A stretch of 64,000 nt of DNA from Takakia lepidozioides (GCA_030704615.1 CM060733.1:60140001-60204000), one strand, 5' to 3'. Shown: positions 47,618 through 60,284, numbered from the stretch's first letter. Made by a program: numbers and translations. The notes: a model not told the origin generated them from the sequence alone.

Positions 47618-50600
47618 ACACCCTGCACATGATGATTCCATTGTTTCTGTTATGTTGTCCAATGAATTCCAGATGATGCATTGTGAAGCCAATAGGAAGC
47701 TTAGGAAGGAGAGAGTGCACCCTCTCATGACTCAATGTCACATATGGCACCTCTCATTTTCATGTGTTGTTGACACAGGCTGTACCATGTCTGCTGTTCC
47801 ATTGTCCGTGGTTCGATTACTTGGTCTCAAGCTCACTCCAACCAAGGGTCTGCAGGTGACCATTGCAGATGGCACACGTTATGAGCCTCTAGGTTTGGTC
47901 ACCGTTCCCATCAAAGTCAGTTGCAAGTCGGTCACACTGACTTGTATTGTCACCATTGGTGAACAGTTGCTGTTAGGCTTGGATTGGATGTGTGCTGCAG
48001 GGGCAAAAATTGATGTGGTTGAAAACGTCATGTGGCTTGCTAGTGGCAGCTCCTCCCCCCACAAGGTGCAGCTCAACTCTGTCTCCCTGCCTGCTGGTTG
48101 TGCCACTGCACACCTTTCCCACATGCGCACCCTTGTTGCTGAAACCAAGCGGCAGGTGGGTGAGCAATACAACTGGACACGTTACTTTAACTTTGCCAAG
48201 ACGGCTCCCCTCACCCTGTATCAATGGCAGCCCCCTTTGCCTGGTAAGAAGAGTGGCCCTCCCATTCTGATCCCAGGTAACACCACTCTTCTTCGCAATC
48301 CCGCTGACTTTGTCATACCTGCCTCCTCCCAAAAAATTGTCTCTCTTGGCCTCACCTTTCTTTGTCCACAAGGTCATTATCTTGAAGTTGAGGGGTGGAA
48401 ACGTTTGATGCTTTCCAAACATTGTTTGATTGCATCTGGAGTGCTAGATCGGGGCTTTCGAGGGGAGCTTCGACTTCTTGTTGCCAACCCAAAACGCATT
48501 CCTATCACCGTCCGCAAGGGTCAGGTCCTCGCTCGACTCACTGCCACTCCCTTGACAGATTTAGGAAAGGTGCAACATGCTTTAAGTTTTGTTGACATTG
48601 GCCTGTCAGATGATCCTATTGATCAATTGCATCTCTTAGCCCAATCTGTCGCTACACCCCAGATTTGTCCCCTCACTCCTGCGCAATCTGGCATCTTAAT
48701 CAAGTTCTGACTAATGTCAAAATAGGCTCTGGTCTCACTGACATTGAGAGGTCTCTATATCATATCATTCGTGACAATCTGGATGTTTTCAGTGCTGGTT
48801 CTCATGATTTGGGACGTACCGAGGTCCTCCACCATGACATTGTCATTTATGGTAGCCCTGTCAAACAGTATGCTTATAGAGAGAGTGTCAAAGAACGTGA
48901 AATTATGCAACTCGAACTGACCAAGATGTTGGATGCAGGTGTTATTAAACCCTCTATTTCCCCCTGGGCCAGTCCCATCGTCTTGGTTGCCAAAAAGGAT
49001 GGTACCACTCGTTTCTGCGTTGATATTTGACGGCTCAATGCCCTTACTAAGAAAGATGTATATCCTTTACCTCGCATTAATGATACTTTGGATCAACTCA
49101 ATGGTGCCACTCTCTTCTCTTCCTTGGACCTTGCTGCGGATTTTTGGCAAGTCCCCCTCACAGAGTCAGCCAAGGAAATTTAGACTGCGTTTACCTGTAA
49201 GATGGGTCTCTTTCAGTTTGAAACCATGCCTTTTGGATTATGTAATGCCACAGCCACCTTTCAACGCCTCATGGATGTTGTTCTAGGCAACTTGCGCTGG
49301 GAATGTGCCTTGGTCTATGTTGATGACATCAACGTTTACTCCGCTGACTTTGATTCTCACATGTTGGATCTGAAGCGCGTTTTGTGCAGGCTTAGAGGTG
49401 CAGCTCTCAAAGTGAAAGCCAAGAAATGTGACTTATGCATGACGGAGCTTCACTTTCTTGGCCACCTTCTCTCAGCCCAAGGCAGTAGCCCTGACCCTGC
49501 CAAAATTCAGGTTGTCTGGAACTATCCTACTCCACGTGACAAAAATTGTGTCCGTGCTTTTCTTGGGTTGGCCTCTTACTATCGTCGTTTCATTAAACAT
49601 TTTGCTCACATTGTTGCTGCGCTTAATCAGTTATTATGCAAATATGTTCGCTTTCTTTGGGGTAAGTCCCAAATCACTGCTTTTGATAAACTCAAAATTG
49701 CCCTCACCAGTGCACCCATTCTAGTCTTTCCTGATTTCTCCCTTCCTTTTATTCTTCAGACTGATGCCTCTGACCTGGCTGTTTCAGCTATTCTATGCCA
49801 AAAGAGAAATGGCAGGGAACATGTTGTGGCCTATGCTTCCAGGCAGCTTGACAAACATGAGAAGAACTATAGTATTACTGATAAATAAAGACTTACTGTT
49901 ATTTTTGGGGTCAAACATTTTCGGCAGTATCTACATGGCTGCCCCTTTGTTATTCAGACTGATTATCTTCCATTGAAGGCTCTAAAAACCCCACGGGCAC
50001 TCTCGGGACGCTTGGCTCGCTGGTCACTTACTCTTCAGATGTTTGAGTATGACATTGAGTATAAGAAGCAAAGCCAACAGCAATGCTGACGCTCTCACAC
50101 GCACGGAGACTAAGTCTTCTGACCCTTATATCACCTTAGATGACCTTGCACACTGCTCACCATCTGGTGCTTCACCCTTCCCCTCTTCTTCTCCTGAAGG
50201 ATCCAATTTACTTGCCTTGTTTGCCTCTGTTCCTGTTCTTCCACCTGATCTCATGTCTGAATGGGATTTACTATCATTTTCTGCTGGATGAAGTTGATTT
50301 AGAGTGTTGTAATGTCACTGTGGTCATATTCTAGGTATGATATCACTCTCTCTTCTATGATTGCGTTGTCCCTTTCTGCTTCCAGTTATGGTTTTGGCAC
50401 TGAATCCTCTCCATAGGGAAATCTGCTTTTGTGCTTCATTGTCCTTGGTTGCATCTTCATGAAGTCCCCCTTGTCATTCAGTTGAGTTGGCAGCCATTCC
50501 CTGGAGATAACTGAGGCGGACACTCCGATAGGCTCACACTAACCCAAGGGTTGGCTATGGCAGCTGCACTCATGGAGGACCATCTTCATCAAGCCCTCCG

Positions 50601-51830
50601 CCAGAAATGTAAGACCAACACTCATCTGTTAGGCCTCTCTTCTCGTCTCCTCAGGCAAGTCAGCTATCATCTTCCCTCTCATTGGGAGCATGAAGGTAAA
50701 TTGCTTAAGGTAGTTCATTTTCAAGGGCAAGAGACTGGCGTGGACGTCCCTACTAGGAGCTCTACGCGTGCATTGCTTGTGCTTTACCATTGTTCACTAT
50801 ATGTTGGTCATCTAGGCGTTGACAAAACTGTCAAGCGACTCCAAGAAAAGTACCATTGGAAGGGGTTAACTAAGGATGTGGCAGATTTTATTTCTAAGTG
50901 TGTTCCATGTAAGTCTAAAACACTGTTGCTTGGGACCATAGCTCCTCTTAAATTACAACCAATTCCGGTGACTGAGATGTTTGCCCGAGTTGGTCTTGAT
51001 CTTGTTGGACCCCTCCGAACTACGACTAAGGTCAATAGCTACATTGGTATGGCTACTGATTACCTGTCTAAGTGGGTTGAGATCCGACCGTTGGTTGCTA
51101 AGGACAGTGATGAGGTGGTTCAATTCTTCTTTGATGAAATCCTGCTACGCCATGGTTGTCCCCTTGAAATTTTAACTCATCAGGGTACGGAGTTTTGTAA
51201 CCAGCTTATGGAGGTTGTGTGCTTTAATTTAGATGTCAAGCATTGTTTGACTGCTCCCTACAACCCCCAGTGCAACGGGCTTACAGAGATGTTCAACAAA
51301 ACCATGTGCCAGTTGTTAGAAAAAAATGGGGCTCTCACTAAAGACTGGGATGTTACTCTACCCATTCTCATATTTGCCTACAGGACCTCGGTGCATGCCA
51401 ACTCGCTTTTCCTCTTTTGAATTACTGTATGGCCGCAAGGCTCGCACCCCTTTTCATGTCCCTGTGCTTCAGACTCAGGTTGCGGAGCCCATCATATGGG
51501 AAGACTTTCTTACTCACCTCACTTTTCATCGTTTACGTTTATTAGAGACTGCTAAGCACAACATTCAGGTTTCTCAAGTTGCTTAGGCTCGAAATTATAA
51601 CCGTAGGGTTGTTTACTCTGAAATTTTTTCTCTAGGCTAGACTGTTTGTGTTCGATTGCAGCCTGGCAAACAGGTCACCAAATCCAAGATGCGAATTGAT
51701 GGGCCTTATCTGATTCATGCGATTCTGCCTGGTCGGCAGTACCGTCTTCTTCCTCAGCACCCTTTTACGGCAGAGATTGCAGGGACTGTTCATGTTTCTC
51801 AACTGGTCCCTTCTAAGCTGCAGTTTGATT
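47589..51830 (+). pseudogene. pol: pol: protease, dUTPase-like domain, RT, RNase H, integrase (GPY)
   Basis: VVDTGC; GVLDRGFRGE; SPWASPIVLV, MPFGLCNA, YVDDI; QTDASD; HHCC, GLDLVGP, PQCNGLTE, DGPY. Several stops and frameshifts. Confidence 0.93.
48270..48560 (+). other. dUTPase-like domain within pol, between PR and RT
   Basis: DFVIPASSQKIVSLGLTFLCPQGHYLEV...ASGVLDRGFRGELRLLVAN....ITVRKGQVLARL matches the trimeric dUTPase fold (motifs 3 and 4). Confidence 0.82.
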
Positions 51831-52190
51831 TGACCTGCATCAACGTGGAGAATCGGCATATGGTGTTAACTCTGAAGAAACGTGCTCGGCTTGATTCTGC
51901 TTCCAGTGCTACCTAGACTTCCTCATCACACTATCTTTATTCCACTACTCCCTCCCTAGGATCTCTATCAGTTTCTTTCTCGTTCTTTAGGTTGCACATC
52001 TCACAAGCTAGGATTTTTCCACATCAAGGTTTTGTCCTTTGCTCAACTTGCAGAGCAAGGTTTTCCTTGTTGCGGTTTTTTCATCCTATCTTGGTGTAAC
52101 CATGAGTGACCCTGCTCTCTGTTTGAGCAGAGTGTTTATTTAGCTTGCTCACAAGAGCTCGCTTCTTTGTGTGCCAGGAGGCTTTACATA

Positions 52191-52693
52191 TGTAATGGCC
52201 AGATTCATTCCACCTACCTTTTTGTCATTGGATGAACAGACGATTGGATGATGACCGTTGAAAAAGGGTTTGGATGAAACAGCTGGAGACAATCTATTTC
52301 TAAACTAAGTATTGTCTTTTGTTAACAGCTAGTTTATCTCTAAATTAGAATGAGGTGGCGTCCTATCTGGACAGACACCCCCATGGCATTCAGGTGACCA
52401 ATCAAGGCATGCCACTTGGTCAGATAAGATTGTGTCGTTTATAAAAAGGATCAACATGACGCTTAAGGCGGCGGTGTACGTTTGGTGTGAAACCCTATTG
52501 TACCTGTGTGTGAGTTTTGGATGAAAGGGTCGGGAATAAGGATGTGCTGTTAGGTTGGGTGAGTGATTCTGTCTCCTCTGCGTTGGATCCTGCCTATCTG
52601 GCTAGCCTGCTTTACCCAGCATACATGCCCCTTATAGCTCGATACCCCGAGATGAAGTGGAATAACGGGGTGGGCGAGAATCTTGGCTTTACA
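52191..52693 (+). repeat. 3' LTR
   Basis: TGTAATGGCC...GGCTTTACA. Confidence 0.92.
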
Positions 52694-53122
52694 GCCCTCT
52701 TCATCAAATTAGAAGCCGAGGAAAAAATAACCTCGTTGGGGCCCTAAGGCATTACAATCTTAGTAACCTCCATCACCGCAATGGGGAGCAAAGATCACCA
52801 ACCATAGTTCACTGACTCTGAAAAACCAGCTGCTAAGAACCAGGGTACCAAGGGACAGACAGGGAATAAATCTAAGAACACAGTCTGCCATCTATTGCAC
52901 ATTGAGCAGAAGGGCAAAACCTGCCAAGTAACAGAAGCAAAGAAAAAAGCAAGCAGGGAAACTATCTCTTGGATCTGAGAGCCTCGAAGTTCAGATGAGC
53001 TTCTTGGAGTTTCTGTTCTTTCTATGTTTCCAGTTGATGTCGTCTTCGAATTGCAGGGGGGAGGGCCAGGGGCTAGAGGGACCACCATTGATCGGGGATG
53101 GCACACTAATCATGTGCTTTGT

Positions 53123-55177
53123 TCATGCTGGACATGGGCGAGCTATCGTCCAGTAAGCACGCTGATTGCATGAATGCTGTGCATCTGGAGAATTGAGTAG
53201 CACAGGAACCGTGTGTGAAAATCTGGAAACCTCCTCGGGAGGTAGCCAGATCGATGGGGAGTCTTCCTTTGTCCCCAAATTTGTATAACCATCCTCCTTC
53301 ACTAAAGGAGCTGTAATGATTCCTGTGCACTCACAGTACTCGCTTAAGACTTCCGCCAGGTTGTAACTAGGAGCTGGTTTCTTCAAGTTGAAGTCCTCTT
53401 CCTCAGAATGAACCAACTTTTCCCAGTCACCATACAAGGCCCAGACCTCTCCTTTTCTAGGGTAAATCTCATATATCCCTTCAGTCTCCTCCTCCTGTAT
53501 TAAGTGGGACAACATTTCCATCTGGACTAGAACAACATGCTCTGTACACACAAATTGTCCGCAAGTCAGTGGGAGCGTTGTGGCTGGCTGAAGTGTAGGT
53601 AACCCTGTCGAAGGATGATGTGGCCTCAACCAGCTGACCGAAACCGTAGTAGGAGTATCTAAAATGCGCACAATGAGAGCATATGCACGGGCAATCCCAT
53701 TCTGGTCATTAACCAATGCCCAAATTTGGCCAGGTGATACAGGGGGAATAGCAGCAGACGCTGGTGTCACCCCGCTGAAACTCTCTCTCCAGCGCCCTTG
53801 CTGCAGTCTCCCTTGAGGAATTTCCACTGGAGCCTGGGATGTCACTGAATAGTATTGTCCCGGTTTTTGTAACTTCGACGATAAGAGTGCGTGTTTAGAC
53901 AGCTCATCGTCGGAGTACCCCTCTGATGAGGCACCCTGACTATGGCCACCAGAAGACCTCCCATCATGATCATTCTTGCGGACGCTATTCAATGCTGTGT
54001 CACAACTATCGGTCCTCACGTTACTCTTTGCAGGTTGCCAAAAACTCATTCCATTTGATTGGGTTTTACATGGACTTCTGTAACTGGGAAGTTCCTCCTC
54101 AATGGACTCGTCGTGATTACTGATGCTGTCTGTTGGCCTGCAGTTTCGTCCTCTGCCCTGAGTACTTTCTGCTGCAGACCCCATCTTGGCTGAAGGGGCC
54201 TTCTTGCACGATACTTTTGAGAACTCTTCAGTATGGACCTGGCCCGCATAATTAGAAACATCATCTGCATTGATATTGGTCACATCATTAGCCAGGCACT
54301 CCTCTTGCGTTGGGGTGCACGCAGGGTCGAGCTCCCAACAGTCCTCAGGCACACCAACCCACTCCTTGCAGCTCATTTGATAGGCAGGCATCTGATAAGA
54401 AAATGCATGAAGTTCTTGAGGTCGCACCCAAGTTGATGAGCTAATCGCTGCAATCTGGGACCACAAGTTCTCGAACCCTCGCACCTTGACTAGAGGCCAA
54501 ATAAGAACGCCAAATTCCTCACAGAAATCTGTTTTGACGGCTACAACGTCATATTTATGATGTATAAGCTCGGTCTCCTCCGGTTGTGAATGTGGCCAAT
54601 GGTGATAGAAATCCTCCAGGTCGTGTGTATGCAGCAGCCCTCCTCTTTCAAAGGACGTGGGCCTCTCGATCCGATGGCATTCCCAGTCTCTTTTGACAGC
54701 CCACACTTCTCCTGCACGAGGGTAGATGTCAACTGGCCCCTTCTTCTCGGTATCCACTTGCAGTTGGTGAGAGAACATTCTTGCGTTGTCAAATCTTGCA
54801 TTCGTGCCACATTTAAAACGGCCACAAGGGATGGACAACCCGGTTTGATACCTAAACAGCCAAGCTTCTTCCGATGGATCATGAGGTTTTTGCCATCTGA
54901 TCCAAACCTGGAGCTTAGGAACATGGGAAATCTTCATGATTCGAACATAAATCCGAGGCATTCCATCCTTTTCATCATACAACGCCCAAATTTGTTTGGG
55001 CTTGAAAGAACTTTCCTGCCGGTCAGCTGCAAAATCATGGAAACAGATGTTATCCTCCCCGCGCAATTCTCTTGTGGTGCGGACGTCAAAGGAAGCCTCA
55101 TTCAAGTTACTGCATATCGTTGGCACATGTTCGCCGTCGCCCACATTCCCGCAGCAGCTGTTGGTATCGACCGACAA
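53123..55177 (-). CDS. Double-DUF3444 protein gene, copy B (open 684-aa ORF; possible upstream exon at about 55470-55680)
   Basis: FHDFAADRQESSFKPKQIWALYDEKDGMPRIYVRI...CWELDP, then a second PGQIWA...YPRKGEVWALY...RFSH domain. Paralogous to 41162-43300. Confidence 0.82.
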   Translation of the reverse strand: MSVDTNSCCGNVGDGEHVPTICSNLNEASFDVRTTRELRGEDNICFHDFAADRQESSFKPKQIWALYDEKDGMPRIYVRIMKISHVPKLQVWIRWQKPHDPSEEAWLFRYQTGLSIPCGRFKCGTNARFDNARMFSHQLQVDTEKKGPVDIYPRAGEVWAVKRDWECHRIERPTSFERGGLLHTHDLEDFYHHWPHSQPEETELIHHKYDVVAVKTDFCEEFGVLIWPLVKVRGFENLWSQIAAISSSTWVRPQELHAFSYQMPAYQMSCKEWVGVPEDCWELDPACTPTQEECLANDVTNINADDVSNYAGQVHTEEFSKVSCKKAPSAKMGSAAESTQGRGRNCRPTDSISNHDESIEEELPSYRSPCKTQSNGMSFWQPAKSNVRTDSCDTALNSVRKNDHDGRSSGGHSQGASSEGYSDDELSKHALLSSKLQKPGQYYSVTSQAPVEIPQGRLQQGRWRESFSGVTPASAAIPPVSPGQIWALVNDQNGIARAYALIVRILDTPTTVSVSWLRPHHPSTGLPTLQPATTLPLTCGQFVCTEHVVLVQMEMLSHLIQEEETEGIYEIYPRKGEVWALYGDWEKLVHSEEEDFNLKKPAPSYNLAEVLSEYCECTGIITAPLVKEDGYTNLGTKEDSPSIWLPPEEVSRFSHTVPVLLNSPDAQHSCNQRAYWTIARPCPA

Positions 55178-56329
55178 GTGATCAATTGTCTGAGCAGATT
55201 GTCTGTTACTTAATGACTGGTGGAGTTTAGACTGTGTGTTCTTCCACTTCGCGGCCTGCTCATCATCAGATATCTGTATGTGTCAAACTCCGGCCCCAAG
55301 TTCTCCAAACCACAAATCTACCTCCATGCATGTGATGGATGCTTGAGTAGAGCTGATCATCAACATGGGAACTCATGTGCATGTGCGCAGAGGTGAACAG
55401 CTAGGAAAGTTGAACAAATTATCTGTGAATTCAAACTATCTATGAACTCTAACTAGGCCTGCAGGCAGAAGCTGTTACCTCTCTTCGAATCATACTTTTT
55501 CTCCGGCGGATCATCCGATATTTCCTGTTTTCTCGGGTAGTGTTGAAACCCCAAGCATCACACCTTGGAGAACTGACATAGTTGTCGAAAAAGGACCCCC
55601 AGGTCCAATGGGGTTTGTGAGGAGGGGGCGTCTCCATGATGATCTCTGGATCTTCTAGCTGGCACTTGCGGCGCACAGGCAGCTCAGCTTGTGGAGCGCA
55701 GTCCATACGAGTCGTCAAACCACAACTCCATAAACATGAACGCTGGAAAGAGCTGCTATGGAGGGAAATAGACAGAGGAGGTGACAAGGTGACAGCCACC
55801 CGCCGCCACGCAAACACCATAGACAGGAGGAGATTTCATTATCACTCGTGATTACTGATAACTCGTTATCAAACCCTAATCATGCAGAATCATTGCGGTG
55901 ATAGGAAAGAAACTCGGTGTTTCAATGAAACATCCATAATCACTAATTAGTGCTAAGATAATCATTGCTAGCTTTATGGCCAATTCAAAAGGTACATTCA
56001 GACTCATAAGTAGCATCGAGCTGTCTACCAAAACAAGAGTGAATATTTTCATGGCAAATAAATTTCTTTGACCTTCTTATATTCGAGTTATATACAGGAA
56101 ACTTATTCTATTTTTGTTCACACATATGCATATGTTAACAAATAATTTTACCTTTTTATATTCTCTCTTATCTCTGTTCATAACATACCACTAATTGCTA
56201 TGGATGACGTAGACTGCCTCCATCGTCATCCTCCTGTAGCATCGCTCTCCTTTGCGTCGTTTGCAGCATCGCTCTTCTTTGCAGCACAAATCTGCACTTG
56301 CAGAATCACTTTCCTTGCAGCATCATTTC

Positions 56330-56510
56330 GTAATGTGGCCCCTCAAAACTGTATCAACTGTATTCGACCTGGTATCAATTGTATTTTTCAACCAAATATA
56401 TTCCCTGATGAGTGCCATGATCTCGGCATACTCCCAGTTTGGTTGTCTTGCTCGTTTTTCTTTCCCTTTCCCTCTGTTTGCTTTTCCAGCACCGCCAACA
56501 TCATCTGAAT
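56330..56510 (-). pseudogene. Myb/SANT (trihelix-like) fragment, possibly from a PIF/Harbinger ORF1
   Basis: KEKRARQPNWEYAEIMALIRE. Confidence 0.4.
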
Positions 56511-56969
56511 TTTGCACAGGTGAAGCTATACCTGCAATCACAAGAGCTAAACACATCAGTGATCAGAATGAAAATGAATTGCATGAATTTCAACTGATTT
56601 GCAAACTCAACCAATTTTCAACATGAAAAGCATACTCATTCAATGTCGTTACTGTACCTGCTGGTGCAATCTCTAGCGGAGAATGAAGCAATACACATGA
56701 CTGGTATTAAGGAAGAAGCACACGATGAGAGAAGCTCCAACTTCCACTGTAGCATAGACACGCGATGGCGGGACAAGAAGATGATGAAAAAAATCACGCT
56801 TAGATGAAAATCATCCTTCCGTGAATTGCAGTAAGAAATAAATAACTTATTAGATTGAAATTTGAATGAATAAGATACGACCAATATCAAACCTAGACAT
56901 CTACGATTATTCAAAGATTGATCTTGCAAATAAACGTGTGTAACGTGTGCGTGTGTAACGTGTGCAGTG

Positions 56970-58443
56970 GCCTGCCTCAAACTGTTGGCTTCTTCAAGGC
57001 TTTAAACATAAATCACCAGGCTCCCCTCTCTGGTCATCAATCTGGAAATCTTGGAACAGCCTCAGGCCATTCTTGAGGAAACTTGAGCCTAACACCTTAC
57101 ATGAAACCCTTCGGCAGCACCTGTTCCTCAACAATCCAATCCCCTCTGCGGTAGACCGAGCTTCAGCCAAAAGATGGGCAGACTGGGAGACCAAAGGAAT
57201 CTCCACGACCTACGATTTATGGGAAAGCACACCTCAATCTCTCCACCTGGCTTTGGGGGCCACCCGTGACCCGTCTTCGATCTGGAATCTCCCTCATCAT
57301 TCAATTGATCCCAGATCCCTGGAAACTCATTCTAAAAGCTGGCCTAGGTCTTGTTCATGCCAATTAGTGGGTTATTAATAATTCACAGGCACTACAAATT
57401 TTATATATCTCCGAAGTTGGCCAGGTCTCACTCAAGGGGTTTTCCTTCCAAGCAGATGAGCTTTCCGGACATCTATCTCTCACCAGCCATGAACCTATAT
57501 CACTCCCAGCTTCCAATACCAGCCCAATGAGAATTTGCCAGTGGTCATCCCCGATAAAGCCATTCAACCCTTCAGTGCCTATGGGGACGAACACACTCAC
57601 CTGGCTAAGTAAGGAGAACTTTATCCTCTTTGGGAACTCCAACATTACTTCACTACAGTTGGACCCATCTGAATGGAAATGGGCTTTTCAGGATGAACTA
57701 CACCCACTATTTTCCTACTCGGCCAAAAAAGGCTATAGAGCTATGTTGGGAGCTAGACCTCTCATCTCTAAATGGGAAAATAGATGGAGTCACGAGAACT
57801 TCAACTAGGAAGACTGGAAAGGTATATGGTCCCTTATCTGGGAGAAAACAAAGCCGGCTAAGATCAGTGCTTTCTTATGGCAAGTGGCCAATAGAGTGCT
57901 CAAGGTGGACCAATTTCTCAATTTCAATGAGGCGCTCCTCTGCCGGTGTTGTGCCAATCAAACCATTGAATCTCTAGAGCACTGTCTTCTCCATTGTCTG
58001 GCGCCCTCAATAGTCTGGCCTCTGGCTCAAGGCTTCTACAGGTCTTGGGACACCTTGAGCTTTGGATCCCTGGAAATCCTTCTCAACTACAACCAGAGGC
58101 AGAAGACTAAGGCCTCCGACTGTCCAGTTTTGAAGCCCTCAGATGGTCTGTCCTCTGGAACATATGGAAGAGTCGCTATGCCTGGGCCCTCAATAGAGAA
58201 AACACCTCTGCAACATATATTTTATCTCTAGTTTTCTTTGACTTGACAATTGCAGCTAAAAAAGCTTGGGCCTCCCTATGTGCAGTGGCGACCAAGAAAC
58301 CAGAGCGTCTGCCAGCACTCATCGCTTCTTTCAGGGCTACCAGTGACCTCACTTGTCTTTGGGCGGACAGAATTCCACCTTCATGGGAGGGACACATGAA
58401 TCCCCTCTTCAGCCTCCTGAATTTGACAGATCCGAGATTTTAA
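56970..58443 (+). mobile_element. L1-type LINE 3' fragment (ORF2 C-terminus, zf-RVT)
   Basis: SPLWSSIWKSW; FSYSAKKGYRAML; KISAFLWQVANRVL; CRCCANQTIESLEHCLLHC. An A-rich tract follows at about 58504. Confidence 0.8.
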
Positions 58444-58686
58444 GTTTTGTCCCTCAAATAATTCCAAATTTAAAAAGCTTCCAGGGCCCCACGACCCCTG
58501 TTTAAAAATAAAATAAAATAAATAGCAATATCAGTGGCCTAACTTTGTGCATAACTCACCTGCCATTTTAAGTTTTGTCCCTCAAATAATTCCAAATAAA
58601 GCTTCCAGGGCCACGACCCCTGTTTAAAAATAAAATAAATAAATAGCAATATCAGTGGCCTAACTTTGTGCATAACTCACCTGCCA
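58437..58686 (+). repeat. Tandem duplication of about 125 bp at the LINE 3' end
   Basis: ATTTTAAGTTTTGTCCCTCAAATAATTCC...CATAACTCACCTGCCA occurs twice. Confidence 0.9.
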
Positions 58687-58964
58687 CGACGACATCCAGT
58701 CAGCAGTTAACTTACTGACATGGACACATGTGAACAGAGAGAGAAGACCTGGTGGTACTTTATCACCCACAAAACTTAATTCCGGTCAGTTCTGGAAAAC
58801 GGTTAAAGCATACACTGCTAAGTTACCCTTATTGTTACCAGATTATGTTAATTGTAAGTAACTTACCGTTCATATGAAGTTGTTATACCAGTCGGACAAT
58901 AAGGGGGAAAATAAACCCCCTTTGTGAGCCAAACAGGGGATAGCCCAGTCCGAAGGCAGAGAGA

Positions 58965-59030
58965 CAGATGATGGGGGGTTAAACCCAGACCCACAGGCCA
59001 GTACGCAAGTGGCTTACTACCGAGCCCAGT
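58965..59030 (-). mobile_element. tRNA-derived SINE-like head (degenerate)
   Basis: Minus strand has an A-box-like TGGGCTCGGTAGT and a B-box-like GGTTTAACCC at tRNA-like spacing. Confidence 0.3.
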
Positions 59031-60284
59031 TGTGTTAGATTTTTTTTTAAGAACAAATAAAAAGAAACAATACAAATTGGAAATTATTGGCCCTGCCTTG
59101 CTATGCAAAGGGTTTGATGCTTAGCACCAATACTTGAGATTAAAGTTCGAATTAGATCAAGACAGGTGTAATGGAAATATTTCATCCATATTTATAATGA
59201 ATGATATCCCTTGGATGAATAGTTTTATGCAAGCCATCGCAGGCTGATATTTTTTCCCCAAGGAAGACAATGACTTGTATTTCCTCCTATACTATTTGTC
59301 TTCATTGAAATTTCTGATCCTCATAATGGAAGTCGTTGAGTCTCTGGCGGATCTAATAGTAAAGAGGGGGGCAGGAAAGCAAGTAAAAAGAACAGAGTAA
59401 AATAAAGTTTGTTTAACGTCAAACGAATTTACAGAGCCTACTGCTCAACACACAGCCCTTCGAGGGGCCAATGGATGGTTAAAGGCACCAGTTGAAGGAT
59501 TGACCCCAGGATCACCCAGGGTATGCACAGACAAGGTACAAACACCCAACCAGTGGGCTAGAACATATAAAGAGAGAATGAAGGTACTCTAGTGCCTTTC
59601 AGGCAATTTCTGCGGTCAATGATTGGAAAGAATGGGAAGGCTCCATAACCTCAAACTCAAACCATCAGGAACTTCCTCCTTACCTCACAACCTCCTATAT
59701 GGCAGGGCTTGCATGGATTACATGCATTTGTTTCCAAAAGTTTATATCCCCTGTTTTATAAAGACAAATCCATAAAAAAAAGTTATGAAGGTAGGTTAAC
59801 TTGAACAAATTCACATTAATACCTGAACATTTATCATACCTGGATAAGTGTGACCTCTACATAACTCATCTCTATGGTTCAATTCCTTGCCAATGCATAA
59901 TCGGGTGATCCTTGGGTCAATTCTCCAACGTGTTCCTTCAACCGTCTATAGGGCCCTTGAAGCCCTGTGCGATGGAAACTAATTATCAGGAGAACAATGA
60001 GCCAAGCTAACCACAAGGAAATACAATGGGAAGCCAAAGGAGAGAACCCTCAAAAATTCAACTGAGGTTAAAACTAATAGTCCCAAGCACTCGATGCCTC
60101 CAATTGACCTCCCCATCTTCCCATCAGCAGGCGACATTTCAACAAGGGGGAGCATGTCATTCCATTGCATGCTCTCCGTCAGAAATTATGGTGCAGATGA
60201 TGCCGCCCTTACCCAGGAGGTCAGACTCCTTGAGACATTGGTGACGCCTTGGAATAGCACACCAAGAAAGAGCTGGACAGAGAG

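Larger units (their letters stand above)
44705..52693 (+). mobile_element. Ty3/Gypsy LTR retrotransposon with an upstream extra ORF and a dUTPase-like domain
   Basis: Near-identical LTRs at about 44705-45205 and 52191-52693 (TGTAA...TTACA). Flanks GCCC at 44701-44704 and 52694-52697. tRNA-Ala-like PBS TGGTGGAGATG. Domain order gag-PR-dUTPase-RT-RH-IN. Confidence 0.93.

Noticed and set aside
54590-55213. 207-aa plus-strand ORF
   Set aside because: Antisense shadow of the DUF3444 CDS.
55871-55879. AAACCCTAA telo-box near the DUF3444 copy B 5' region
   Set aside because: A single short motif with no TSS evidence.
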